Assembly: GCA_028696495.1 (NCBI GenBank)
Contig: JAQVGY010000002.1
Span: forward strand, 1-55,158
Source of the DNA: Atribacterota bacterium
GTDB taxonomy: Bacteria; Atribacterota; Phoenicimicrobiia; Phoenicimicrobiales; Stramentimicrobiaceae
Direction of reading: 5' to 3'
DNA length: 55,158 bases
Positions within the stretch are counted from its first letter, which is position 1, and the number at the start of each line of letters is the position of its first letter. Below are positions 30,734 through 40,666 of this stretch, piece by piece. A program made the translations under genes and the position numbers. Under the pieces are notes generated by a model, which was not told where the DNA came from, made no database searches, and saw only the letters and a list, made by a program, of their open reading frames with translations.

Positions 30734-31646
30734 AAGTATCGGTAATACAAATAATTTAGAAGAATACCAAAAATATTTGAAAGATAAAAAACACTTTCCA
30801 CATAATACCATAAAGGCATATTTGACAGATATCATTGGATTATCCAGGTTCGCTCAAAAAAATAAAGGGATAGCCAATCTGATAGATGTAGACCACCACA
30901 TACTCAGAGCCTATATACTCTATTTAAAACAGAAAAAATATAGTGATAAGACGATTGCTAGAAAAATTTCTTCATGCCGTGTGTTCTACAGGTTCTTGAT
31001 GCAAGAGGGCATTATCACTGAAAATCCCGCAGAATATGCCCATACTCCCAGGATTAAAAAGACCTTACCTGATTTCCTATTCTTTGAAGAAGTGGTGAAA
31101 TTGATGGATTCCTTAAAAACTGATAAACCTATCGGTATTAGGAACAAAGCTATTTTAGAATTATTATATGGCACTGGAATTAGAGTGGCTGAGTTATCCA
31201 ATCTGGATATCGATGATATCAACTGGGATGATGATTCAATAAAAATTTTAGGCAAGGGCTCCAAAGAAAGGATTTTACCGTTAAGCAGACCGGTAAAGAA
31301 TGCTTTAAAAAACTATGTTGAAGCCAGGAAATTGATACCAAGGAAAAAATATTCCAAAACCATTTCGGAAAAAGCCGTATTTGTAAATTGTTTTGGAGAT
31401 AGACTTTCTGTCAGAAGTATTAGAACGATAATTAATGATAGTATGCGATTAGCCTGTTTAAATAAAAAGATAAGCCCACATGTTTTTCGTCATACTTTTG
31501 CTACTCATCTCTTAAATGGGGGTGCTAATCTTCGCTCTGTACAGGAGTTATTGGGGCATGAAAGTTTGTCGACTACCCAGATTTATACCCATATCACTGA
31601 GGGGAAATTGATAGAAATCTATAGAAAATCTATACCTAGAAAATAG
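30726..31646 (+). CDS. xerC: tyrosine recombinase XerC/XerD family (chromosome dimer resolution)
   Basis: Catalytic residues in GIRVAELSNL, HVFRHTFATHLL and LGHESLSTTQIYTHI. Sits in the conserved topA-xerC-hslV-hslU context and overlaps topA by 8 nt. Confidence 0.85.
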   Translation: MNKSIGNTNNLEEYQKYLKDKKHFPHNTIKAYLTDIIGLSRFAQKNKGIANLIDVDHHILRAYILYLKQKKYSDKTIARKISSCRVFYRFLMQEGIITENPAEYAHTPRIKKTLPDFLFFEEVVKLMDSLKTDKPIGIRNKAILELLYGTGIRVAELSNLDIDDINWDDDSIKILGKGSKERILPLSRPVKNALKNYVEARKLIPRKKYSKTISEKAVFVNCFGDRLSVRSIRTIINDSMRLACLNKKISPHVFRHTFATHLLNGGANLRSVQELLGHESLSTTQIYTHITEGKLIEIYRKSIPRK

Positions 31647-31727
31647 TAAACAAAAAATTTAATAAATTAGTCGAAATATCTATTATCTTTAAATAGATAT
31701 AATATTATTTTTAGAGAAGGAATTATT

Positions 31728-32261
31728 ATGTACAGAGGAACAACAATCCTTGCCGTTAGAAGAAATGATGAGATTGCCATTGCAGGAGATGGGCAAATTA
31801 CTTTAGGAAATATTATTGCAAAAAATGAGGCAAAGAAGATTAGGAAAATATACCACAATACTGTATTAACCGGCTTTGCCGGGGGAGCAGCAGATGCACT
31901 TACTCTATATGAGAGGTTCGAGTGTAAATTAGAAGAGTTTCAAGGTAATTTAAAACGAGCCTCTATTGAACTGGCTAAAGATTGGAGGACAGATAAAGCC
32001 CTAAGAAGATTAGAAGCTTTACTCATAGTAGCAGACCGGCAAGATATGTTTACCATATCCGGTAACGGTGATATTATAGAGCCTGACAAACCCATAGCAG
32101 CAATCGGTTCTGGTGGCCCATATGCTTTAGCATCAGCTCAGGCCTTGCTCTCTTTTACAAAACTATCAGCTACAGAAATCGCTTTAGAATCATTAAAGAT
32201 TACTTCCTCAATCTGCATCTATACCAACAGTAATATTACTGTTGAAACCTTAAAGGGATAA
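31728..32261 (+). CDS. hslV: ATP-dependent protease subunit HslV
   Basis: [35 protein letters not shown] and [11 protein letters not shown]. Close to B. subtilis CodW by eye. Confidence 0.9.
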   Translation: MYRGTTILAVRRNDEIAIAGDGQITLGNIIAKNEAKKIRKIYHNTVLTGFAGGAADALTLYERFECKLEEFQGNLKRASIELAKDWRTDKALRRLEALLIVADRQDMFTISGNGDIIEPDKPIAAIGSGGPYALASAQALLSFTKLSATEIALESLKITSSICIYTNSNITVETLKG

Positions 32262-32277
32262 TAAAAGGAGGGTACAA

Positions 32278-33720
32278 TTGGAAGATTTTACTCCATCTGA
32301 AATAGTAGTAGAGCTAAACAAATTTATTGTGGGACAAAAACAAGCAAAGGAAGCTGTAGCTATTGCTTTAAGAAATAGAATTAGAAGAAAAAAGCTACCC
32401 AAAGAATTAATGGAAGAGATTACTCCTAAAAATATTATAATGATTGGGCCAACGGGAGTTGGGAAAACCGAGATTGCCAGAAGACTGGCAAAATTAGTTC
32501 AGGCACCTTTTATTAAAGTTGAGGCTACTAAGTTTACTGAAGTGGGCTATGTGGGAAAAGATGTTGATTCTATGATAAGAGATCTCATACAGGCTGCAGT
32601 ACAACTTGTAAGAAAAGAGAAAATTGAAGAAGTTCATGAAAAGGCAAAAGAGATGGTTGAAGAAAGAATATTACAAGCACTACTCCCTGCCAGCCAATTC
32701 GGTTTTAAAGAAGGTAAAAGAGCTGACTATAAAGACTTTGATACCCCATTTTCTCAGTCTACTGACCTTATTAATACAGAAAAAGATTTGATTAAAAATG
32801 ACAATGGACTTAAAAACAGCGAATCACAAAAGGAGAGAACCTTAAGAACAAAAGAGAGATTAAGAATTAAGTTGCGTAACGGTGATTTTGAAAAAAGAGA
32901 AATCAGTATTGAGATTGAGGAACAAAGCCATTCTCCCATAGAGATATTTTCCAATATGGGAATGGAAGGGATAGGATTAGATTTTAAAGAAATTTTTGAT
33001 AAAATGATGCCAGGTAGGAAGAAAAGAAAAAAACTTAAAATTTCTGAGGCTAGAAAGGTCCTTTTGGATGATGAACAGGAAAAATTATTAGACATGAATA
33101 AAATAGCAAAAGAGGCAATTTACAGGACAGAAGAACTGGGAATAGTATTCATTGATGAGATTGACAAGATCGCCATGAAAGAAAAGGCATATGGTCCTGA
33201 TGTATCAAGAAGTGGTGTACAAAGAGATATTCTACCTATTATCGAAGGTTCAACTGTAATGACTAAATATGGAGCTGTAAAAACTGATTACATACTGTTT
33301 ATTGCTGCCGGGGCTTTCAATGCTTCCAAGCCTTCTGATTTAATTCCTGAATTACAGGGACGTTTTCCTCTACGCGTAGAACTAAATAGCCTTAATCAAA
33401 AAGATTTAGAAAAAATACTTATTGAGCCTGATAATTCTTTGATTAAACAATATAAAGCCCTTCTCAATACCGAAGGAATTGAACTTGATTTTGAGGATAA
33501 TGCAATAAAGGAAATTGCAAGAATTGCTGCCCTTTTAAATGAACAAAATGAAAATATCGGAGCCAGAAGGCTTTATACTGTGATGGAAAAACTATTGGAC
33601 CGCATTTCCTTTAATGCTCCCAAGATGACACGGAAAAAGATTACTATAAGTAAAAAATATGTTACCAATCGTCTACAAAATATTATTCAAAAAGAAGATT
33701 TAAGCAAATATATTTTGTAG
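32278..33720 (+). CDS. hslU: ATP-dependent protease ATPase subunit HslU
   Basis: [16 protein letters not shown], Walker [16 protein letters not shown], Walker [13 protein letters not shown] and an inserted I-domain. TTG start after AAGGAGG. Confidence 0.95.
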   Translation: MEDFTPSEIVVELNKFIVGQKQAKEAVAIALRNRIRRKKLPKELMEEITPKNIIMIGPTGVGKTEIARRLAKLVQAPFIKVEATKFTEVGYVGKDVDSMIRDLIQAAVQLVRKEKIEEVHEKAKEMVEERILQALLPASQFGFKEGKRADYKDFDTPFSQSTDLINTEKDLIKNDNGLKNSESQKERTLRTKERLRIKLRNGDFEKREISIEIEEQSHSPIEIFSNMGMEGIGLDFKEIFDKMMPGRKKRKKLKISEARKVLLDDEQEKLLDMNKIAKEAIYRTEELGIVFIDEIDKIAMKEKAYGPDVSRSGVQRDILPIIEGSTVMTKYGAVKTDYILFIAAGAFNASKPSDLIPELQGRFPLRVELNSLNQKDLEKILIEPDNSLIKQYKALLNTEGIELDFEDNAIKEIARIAALLNEQNENIGARRLYTVMEKLLDRISFNAPKMTRKKITISKKYVTNRLQNIIQKEDLSKYIL

Positions 33721-33777
33721 CTTAGAATAATTTAATCATTAAAGATAATTTTATAGAAAATATTTAAAATATCTAAC

Positions 33778-33806
33778 TTGAATAACAAATTTAAGTATGT
33801 TATACT
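33778..33806 (+). promoter_or_regulatory. putative sigma-70 promoter of rpsB-tsf (extended -10)
   Basis: TTGAAT (33778-33783), 17-nt spacer, TGtTATACT (TG 33798-33799, TATACT 33801-33806). Predicts an AT-rich leader of roughly 125 nt before rpsB. Confidence 0.5.
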
Positions 33807-33938
33807 TATTAGGTTTTTATTATATATTCTAATCTGTTTTAATATCCTTACAATGGATGTTATAGAGAATATTTTAAATTACCTTGCTTATAAAATATTA
33901 AAAATTTAAAATAAATATTTAAAAAGGAGAGTGGGCAT

Positions 33939-34652
33939 TTGAGTGTTGTATCGATGAAACAATTATTAGAATCTGGTGTACATTTTGGGCACCAAAAAAG
34001 ACGCTGGGATCCCAGGATGAGACCCTATATTTTTACTGAAAGAAATAATATTTATATTATAGATTTACAGCAAACTATTAAACTTATTGATGATGCTTAT
34101 AATTTTGTGCGCGACCTTACCAGTAAAAATGGCACTATCTTGTTCGTTGGAACAAAAAAGCAGGCACAGGAATCTATTAATTCCGAAGCAGAAAGATGTG
34201 AGATGCCTTATGTCAATTATAGATGGCTTGGTGGTACCCTGACTAATTTCAATACCATTAATCAAAGAGTAAAACGTCTTTTCCATTTAGAAGAGATGGA
34301 AAATAGTGGTCAGTTTTCTCTATTACCAAAAAAAGAAGTAATTATTTTAAAGAGAGAACAGGAAAAGTTGGAAAGAGTCTTAACCGGCATCAAAAATATG
34401 GGAAAACTACCAGATGCCTTATTTATTATCGATCCAAAGAGGGAAAGAAATGCTGTCACAGAAGCTAAAAAATTATCTATACCCATAGTGGCGGTTGTTG
34501 ATACTAACTGTAATCCAGAAGAAATTGATTATGTTATTCCGGGTAATGATGATGCTATAAGAGCAATCAAACTATTAGCTTCAGTAATAGCAGATGCGGT
34601 ACTGGAAGGGAAAAAAATAGCCCAGGAAAGCGATGTTAAAATTGCTGTATAG
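33939..34652 (+). CDS. rpsB: 30S ribosomal protein S2
   Basis: [27 protein letters not shown] matches the B. subtilis S2 N-terminus. TTG start 8 nt after AAGGAG. Confidence 0.95.
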   Translation: MSVVSMKQLLESGVHFGHQKRRWDPRMRPYIFTERNNIYIIDLQQTIKLIDDAYNFVRDLTSKNGTILFVGTKKQAQESINSEAERCEMPYVNYRWLGGTLTNFNTINQRVKRLFHLEEMENSGQFSLLPKKEVIILKREQEKLERVLTGIKNMGKLPDALFIIDPKRERNAVTEAKKLSIPIVAVVDTNCNPEEIDYVIPGNDDAIRAIKLLASVIADAVLEGKKIAQESDVKIAV

Positions 34653-34694
34653 TATTGAATTTTAATAAGTGTACAATTAAGGAGAACTAGCTAA

Positions 34695-35288
34695 ATGATA
34701 ATTAATGCTGAATTAGTAAAAAAGTTGAGAGAGCAAACTGGCGCTGGTATGATGGATTGTAAAAATGCTTTAATTCATACCGGAGGAGATTTAGAAAAAG
34801 CTTCAGATTATCTTCGTAAAAAAGGGATTCAAGCGGCTAGCTCAAAGCTGGGCCGCAAAGCTTTAAATGGAATAATTACATCATATATCCATTTAAATAA
34901 TAGGATAGGGGTTCTACTGGAAATAAATTGTGAAACTGACTTTGTCGCTAAAACACCAGAATTTAATGAACTGGCAAAAAATATTACCCTCCAGATAGCA
35001 GCTGCCAATCCCAAATATGTTAACAGGGAAGATGTACCACAGGAAGTTATTGATAAAGAAAAGGAAATTTATCGAAGCCAGTTTGCCAATAGTGACAAAC
35101 CGGAAAAAATAATAAATGGTATTATTGAAGGAAAGTTAAACAGTTTTTTTAAAGAAATATGCTTGATGGAACAAGAATATATCCGTAATCCCGAAATAAC
35201 CATCAATCAACTGGTTTTAGAGACAATATCAAAATTAAAAGAGAATATTCAGATAAAGAGATTTGTAAGATATCAACTTGGTGAATAA
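34695..35288 (+). CDS. tsf: translation elongation factor Ts (short form)
   Basis: UBA-like N-terminus VKKLREQTGAGMMDCKNAL, and LLEINCETDFVAKT. 197 aa. Confidence 0.95.
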   Translation: MIINAELVKKLREQTGAGMMDCKNALIHTGGDLEKASDYLRKKGIQAASSKLGRKALNGIITSYIHLNNRIGVLLEINCETDFVAKTPEFNELAKNITLQIAAANPKYVNREDVPQEVIDKEKEIYRSQFANSDKPEKIINGIIEGKLNSFFKEICLMEQEYIRNPEITINQLVLETISKLKENIQIKRFVRYQLGE

Positions 35289-35384
35289 TCAAAATAGAAA
35301 AACACTATTAGAATAAAATTTTGTTCAACTTTGTCAATTCATTTTCATATAAGATTAAAAATATATTATTAAATTTGGTTAATA

Positions 35385-36110
35385 ATGGAAAAGAAACAGT
35401 CTGTTTATAAAAGAATATTATTAAAATTGGGTGGGGAATCATTTTCCGGTGAGAAAAAATTTGGCATTGATATCGATAGAGTAAATTTTATATCTGAGGA
35501 ATTAGCTGAAATAAAAGAGATGGGGGTTCAGATTGCGATTGTTATTGGGGGAGGAAACATTTTTAGAGGGAAAGAAGCCAGTGCTAAAGGAATTAATCAG
35601 GCTTCTGCCGATTATATGGGAATGTTAGGTACTGTGATCAATGCTCTTGCTTTGCAGGACTCTTTAGAAAAACTTAATATCGAAACACGGGTACAGACAG
35701 CTATCGAAATGAAAGCTATTGCCGAACCCTATATCAGAAGAAGAGCCATAAGGCATTTAGAAAAAGGCAGGATAATTATCCTGGCAGCCGGCACAGGTCA
35801 TCCTTTTTTTACCACCGATACTGCCGCAGCTTTAAGGGCTATCGAATTAGATGCAGAAGCAATGCTAAAAGCCACTAAAGTTGATGGTATTTACGAGACG
35901 GATCCTCTTATAAATTCCAACGCCTTAAAATTTAAAAAGCTTAACTTTCTTGAATTTTTAAACAAAAATTTAAAAGTAATGGATGCCACATCTATCTCGT
36001 TATGTATGGAAAATAAAGTACCTGTAATTGTATTTAATTTGAATTTACCTGGGAATATTAAGAAGGTAATTTTGGGAGAACCTATTGGAACCATTGTAAA
36101 GGAGGATTAA
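35385..36110 (+). CDS. pyrH: UMP kinase
   Basis: [36 protein letters not shown] and [10 protein letters not shown]. Confidence 0.95.
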   Translation: MEKKQSVYKRILLKLGGESFSGEKKFGIDIDRVNFISEELAEIKEMGVQIAIVIGGGNIFRGKEASAKGINQASADYMGMLGTVINALALQDSLEKLNIETRVQTAIEMKAIAEPYIRRRAIRHLEKGRIIILAAGTGHPFFTTDTAAALRAIELDAEAMLKATKVDGIYETDPLINSNALKFKKLNFLEFLNKNLKVMDATSISLCMENKVPVIVFNLNLPGNIKKVILGEPIGTIVKED

Positions 36111-36112
36111 AT

Positions 36113-36670
36113 ATGTTAGCCGAGATAATAAAAGATACCGAGCACAAAATGAAAAAGGCAATAGAGATTACCCAACAAGAATTAGCATTAATTAGAACAG
36201 GAAGAGCCTCTACTGCACTGGTAGAAAAGATTAGAATAGAATACTATGGGGTTTTAACTCCTTTAAAAGAAATTGCCAATATTGCCGTACCCGAGTCTGA
36301 TATGATTGTTATTCAACCCTGGGATAAGAGTTTTCTTGGTGAAGTTGAGAAGGCAATCTGGAAAGCCGATATTGGATTGACTCCTAATAATGATGGAACA
36401 GTTATCCGTTTACCAATTCCTCCTTTATCCGAAGAACGCAGGAAAGATATGGTAAAAGTGGCAAAAAAAGAGATTGAATCAGGAAAGATCTCTATCAGAA
36501 ACATAAGAAGAGAGATTAATGATCAGGTTAAAAAATTGGAAAAGAATGGAGATATTTCTGAAGACTTGAGTAAGGATATTTTTAAGAAAGTACAGGAACT
36601 GACAGACTCTTATGTAAAAGAGCTTGATGAGATCTGCAGATTAAAAGAAATAGAGATAATGAAAGTGTGA
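36113..36670 (+). CDS. frr: ribosome recycling factor
   Basis: 185 aa with LALIRTGRAS, IQPWDKS, IRLPIPPLSEERRKD and IRNIRRE. Confidence 0.95.
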   Translation: MLAEIIKDTEHKMKKAIEITQQELALIRTGRASTALVEKIRIEYYGVLTPLKEIANIAVPESDMIVIQPWDKSFLGEVEKAIWKADIGLTPNNDGTVIRLPIPPLSEERRKDMVKVAKKEIESGKISIRNIRREINDQVKKLEKNGDISEDLSKDIFKKVQELTDSYVKELDEICRLKEIEIMKV

Positions 36671-36842
36671 TTCAGTATTTGATTATGTTTTCCTTTATAT
36701 GAAAGGATGGTTTGATAAGTTTTATATCAGGTAGATTTATTCAGTTATTAATAGATATTACAAATTCCCCCAAATTAATACAAAAGATAGACTATATTAG
36801 TTATTTAATTAAAAATGGGGGTTTTTTTATAAAGAAGAAAGA

Positions 36843-37592
36843 TTGACTATGTTAAAACATAGAAAAGATAATATAAATAATAAAATATCTAAAGTAATTC
36901 CTAACCATCTGGCTATTATAATGGATGGTAATGGCAGATGGGCAGAGGAAAACAATTTGCCACGGTATGCCGGTCATAAGGCTGGAGTTAAGACTGTAAG
37001 AATGGTTATCACAGAATCAATCAGAGTTGGAATAGGTATTTTGACACTATATGCTTTTTCAACTGAAAATTGGAAAAGGCCGAAACAAGAAATATCCTCA
37101 CTTATGGGCCTCTTTGAAGAGATTATTGAAAAAGAAAAAGAAGAATTGTTGGAAAACAAAATTAGAATCAGATTTATGGGACATAGAGAAGAATTGCCTT
37201 TATCACTAAGATTGGCTATGGAAAATATCGAGGAAGAAACAAAGCTAAATAACCTTCTATTACTGAATATTGCCCTTAACTATGGTGGCAGATCGGAATT
37301 GTGTCATGTTTTTAGACTATTATCTGAAGAAATTGTTCAGGGGCATATTGAACCTTCACAGATAACACAAGAACTTATTAATAAGAATCTTCTTACTTCA
37401 GGGTTGCCTGATCCTGATTTATTAATCAGAACGGGAGGAGAGTTAAGAATTAGCAATTTTCTTTTATGGCAGATTGCCTATACCGAGCTCTGGTTTACAA
37501 AAACTTTCTGGCCAGACTTTTCAAAGAAACAACTTTGGAAAGCATTAACCGATTACGAAAAAAGGGTGAGAAAATTTGGGGGAAAGGTTTGA
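36843..37592 (+). CDS. uppS: isoprenyl transferase (undecaprenyl diphosphate synthase)
   Basis: HLAIIMDGNGRWA, YAFSTENWKRP and IRTGGELRISNFLLWQIAYTEL. TTG 36843 or ATG 36849 start. Confidence 0.95.
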   Translation: MTMLKHRKDNINNKISKVIPNHLAIIMDGNGRWAEENNLPRYAGHKAGVKTVRMVITESIRVGIGILTLYAFSTENWKRPKQEISSLMGLFEEIIEKEKEELLENKIRIRFMGHREELPLSLRLAMENIEEETKLNNLLLLNIALNYGGRSELCHVFRLLSEEIVQGHIEPSQITQELINKNLLTSGLPDPDLLIRTGGELRISNFLLWQIAYTELWFTKTFWPDFSKKQLWKALTDYEKRVRKFGGKV

Positions 37593-38388
37593 TAAAATAA
37601 GTACTCGAACTCTGACTATTGCTGTGACCCTGCCTGTCATATTAGCAATAATTCATTTTGGTGGAATATTGTATTATGGAACAATATCTATTATTGCCAT
37701 ATTAGCTTTTTTAGAGTTATGGTATATAGCAAAAAATCGGGACTGCCAACCTTCTTTAATATCAGGCCTGGCTTTTACCATGTTCTTATTATTTTTAAAG
37801 AATATATTGGATTTGCAACCTTTTTCTAATGTTCGCACCATCTTTACCCTGCTATTTTTTATAATTATTTTAGAACATTTTTTCTTAAAACTTAATAAAT
37901 ACAGCATTATGAATATTGCTCTAACTATTTTTATAGCTTTATACATTGGACATTTATTATCATTTTTTATAGAAATTATGGGGCTCACAAATGGCAGGAT
38001 TTTACTTATCTTCTCTTTATTCAGTACCTGGATAAGTGATATTTTTGCCTATCTAATCGGTGCTTATTTTGGAAAAAATCACCCTTTCCCTTATCTTAGC
38101 CCCAATAAAACTTTAGAGGGGGCTATTGGAGGTATCATTGGCGGTGGAATATGTGGCTTAGCTTTTTACTCAGCTATTCCTATAAAACTATATATTTTAT
38201 TCCTCTTAGGTATTATTGCAGCTATCTCTGGTCAGATGGGTGATCTATTCGAATCTTTAATAAAAAGGAATTTTGGAGCAAAGGACTCTGGTAACTTAAT
38301 ACCGGGTCATGGAGGGATATTAGACTGTATAGACAGTATTCTGTTTTCTATCCCAATTTTATTTTATTCCTTTAAAATATTACTATAA
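37576..38388 (+). CDS. cdsA: phosphatidate cytidylyltransferase
   Basis: Polytopic membrane protein with C-terminal signature SLIKRNFGAKDSGNLIPGHGGILDCIDS. TTG start overlapping uppS by 17 nt. Confidence 0.9.
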   Translation: MGERFDKISTRTLTIAVTLPVILAIIHFGGILYYGTISIIAILAFLELWYIAKNRDCQPSLISGLAFTMFLLFLKNILDLQPFSNVRTIFTLLFFIIILEHFFLKLNKYSIMNIALTIFIALYIGHLLSFFIEIMGLTNGRILLIFSLFSTWISDIFAYLIGAYFGKNHPFPYLSPNKTLEGAIGGIIGGGICGLAFYSAIPIKLYILFLLGIIAAISGQMGDLFESLIKRNFGAKDSGNLIPGHGGILDCIDSILFSIPILFYSFKILL

Positions 38389-38420
38389 TAATTTTATAAA
38401 TACTGGGGAAGATTATTACT

Positions 38421-39584
38421 ATGAAAAAACATATAACAATCCTGGGTTCTACTGGTTCTATTGGAACACAGTCCTTGCAGGTAATTCAAGATGAGCCAGA
38501 TAAATATGAAATATTAGCATTGTCTGCCTGGAAAGATTTAGAATTACTTAAAGAACAAATTTTAAAATTTAAACCTAAATATGCCGTAGTGAGAGATGAC
38601 AAGCTAGCCAGAGAACTAAAGAACAACCTGAATAATAAAATAAATTGCCATATATTGTATGGTGAATATGGACTTACTAAAATATCTACCTTAACAGATA
38701 TTGATACAGTTATAGTCGCAATTACTGGTATGGCTGCTTTAAAGCCTACCTTAGAGGCAATAAATGCAAAAAAACAAATCTGTCTGGCTAATAAAGAGAT
38801 TATTGTATCTGCTGGCGAAATAATAATGAAGAGGGTAAAAGATAATCAAATAAATATAATTCCTATCGATAGCGAACATAGCGGACTCTTCCAATGTATT
38901 ACACCAGAACATTATGAAAACATTGAAAAACTTATTATAACTGCTTCTGGCGGACCATTTTACCATTTAAAAGAGAGTGCTTTGGAGAGTGTATCTGTAG
39001 AAGAGGCTTTAAATCATCCTAATTGGCAAATGGGTAAAAAAATCTCTATAGACTCAGCAACATTAATGAATAAAGGACTGGAAGTAATAGAAGCTTTTTG
39101 GCTTTTTGGTGTTCCATTGAATAAAATAGAGGTATTGGTCCATCCACAGAGCTATATTCACTCCCTTGTTCAATATGATGATGGTAGTATGATTGCTCAA
39201 TTAAGCAATCATGATATGAGAATTCCAATACATTTTGCTTTGAATTATCCCAACAGAGCAAGAAGTTCTTTGCCCAGAATTAATCTGGTAAAAATTGGTC
39301 AGTTGACTTTTAAAAAACTTGACACAAAAAAATTTCCCAGCATTGACCTGTGTTATAAAGCAATAGAACAGGGAGGTACACTTCCTGTAGTATTAAACGC
39401 TGCAAACGAAGTTGCTGTAAGCGCTTTCTTAAATCGAAGATTATCATTTGGAAATATTATTAAAGTCGTCTCATTGACTATGGAAGCACATCAAAATATT
39501 TTGAATCCCACAATTAATGACATTATTTATCAGGACCGTGAAGCCAGAAAAATGGCAGAAGAAATATGCAAGGAGAATAAGTAA
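38421..39584 (+). CDS. dxr: 1-deoxy-D-xylulose 5-phosphate reductoisomerase
   Basis: NADPH motif ITILGSTGSIGTQSL, plus LANKE, PIDSEHS and NHPNWQMGKKISIDSATLMNKGLE. Confidence 0.95.
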   Translation: MKKHITILGSTGSIGTQSLQVIQDEPDKYEILALSAWKDLELLKEQILKFKPKYAVVRDDKLARELKNNLNNKINCHILYGEYGLTKISTLTDIDTVIVAITGMAALKPTLEAINAKKQICLANKEIIVSAGEIIMKRVKDNQINIIPIDSEHSGLFQCITPEHYENIEKLIITASGGPFYHLKESALESVSVEEALNHPNWQMGKKISIDSATLMNKGLEVIEAFWLFGVPLNKIEVLVHPQSYIHSLVQYDDGSMIAQLSNHDMRIPIHFALNYPNRARSSLPRINLVKIGQLTFKKLDTKKFPSIDLCYKAIEQGGTLPVVLNAANEVAVSAFLNRRLSFGNIIKVVSLTMEAHQNILNPTINDIIYQDREARKMAEEICKENK

Positions 39585-39585
39585 A

Positions 39586-40650
39586 TTGATAACCTTTTTT
39601 GCTTTTATCTTTGTACTGGGAATAGCTATTTTATTTCATGAATTCGGGCATTTTATTATTGCTAAAATATCAGGTATAAGAGTATTTAAATTTTCTTTAG
39701 GTTTTGGACCTAAAATTGCCGGAATTACCTGGAAAGGGACAGAATATATACTGTGTTTATTCCCTTTTGGTGGTTATGTTAAGATGGCTGGAGAAAGGTC
39801 ACAGACTGAAATGGAGAATGACCGGAGTGAGGCAGAAATCGAAGAAGATGTACCTATTAGTCAAAGATTTGACAAAAAACCTTTTCTAATAAGAACAGCT
39901 GTTATCATAAATGGCCCAATAATGAATGTAGTTTTAGCTATGTTTTTATTAATGCTGGTCTTTTTATTTACCGGTATAACAACGGTATCAAATTCCATTG
40001 CTGATGTGGCACCCGGTTCACCGGCTGCACTGGCGGGGTTGGAAAATGGTGACCAAATTATTGCTATTAATTCAGTATTAATTGAGAATGCTGAAGATAT
40101 TTCTAATATAATCAACAGCAATCGAGATAGTGTTATATCTTTAGAAATTAAACGAAATAAGGATGTTTTTGATATTAACCTTATTCCTGAGTACAATGAA
40201 GAATATGACCGCGCTATGATAGGAATAACATTGGACCTTCAAATTAAAAAAATATCTCTGATAGATTCCATAAAAAAATCTATTCATACCACAGGTGAAA
40301 TTCTTGTCCTTATTATAAAAGGTTTTTTAGAAATGTTTACAGGTAAGATGCCGGTTGAGCTTGCCGGACCACTGGGTATTGCCCAAATGGCTGGAGAGGC
40401 AGCTAAATTTGGTTTCTTAAACTTATTATTTTTTACTGCATTAATCAATATCTTTTTGGGATTTATCAATCTTTTCCCCATTCCCATCCTGGATGGTGGC
40501 CAGATATTATTACTGATAATAGAAAAAATAAAGGGTAAACCTTTAAAACCAGAGCATGTTAATTTTTTATATATTATAGGTATTGCCTTGATTGTAACAA
40601 TCTTTATTATTGCTACATATCAAGATATCTTGAGAATATTTATTAAGTAG
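39586..40650 (+). CDS. rseP: RIP metalloprotease RseP/RasP (M50 with PDZ domain)
   Basis: HEFGHF in the first TM helix, a PDZ region (GSPAALAGLENGDQIIAINS) and NLFPIPILDGG. The tracked ORF opens at 39517 inside dxr. TTG 39586, 10 nt after AGGAG, gives the typical N-terminus MITFFAFIFVLGIAILFHEFGHF. Confidence 0.88.
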   Translation: MITFFAFIFVLGIAILFHEFGHFIIAKISGIRVFKFSLGFGPKIAGITWKGTEYILCLFPFGGYVKMAGERSQTEMENDRSEAEIEEDVPISQRFDKKPFLIRTAVIINGPIMNVVLAMFLLMLVFLFTGITTVSNSIADVAPGSPAALAGLENGDQIIAINSVLIENAEDISNIINSNRDSVISLEIKRNKDVFDINLIPEYNEEYDRAMIGITLDLQIKKISLIDSIKKSIHTTGEILVLIIKGFLEMFTGKMPVELAGPLGIAQMAGEAAKFGFLNLLFFTALINIFLGFINLFPIPILDGGQILLLIIEKIKGKPLKPEHVNFLYIIGIALIVTIFIIATYQDILRIFIK

Positions 40651-40666
40651 AGGCCGGGCCAATAAG

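Noticed and set aside
30726-31646. The tyrosine recombinase as a possible phage or island integrase marking a mobile element.
   Set aside because: It overlaps topA by 8 nt and precedes hslVU, which is the conserved chromosomal xerC/codV context. No flanking direct repeats, phage genes or compositional break are visible.
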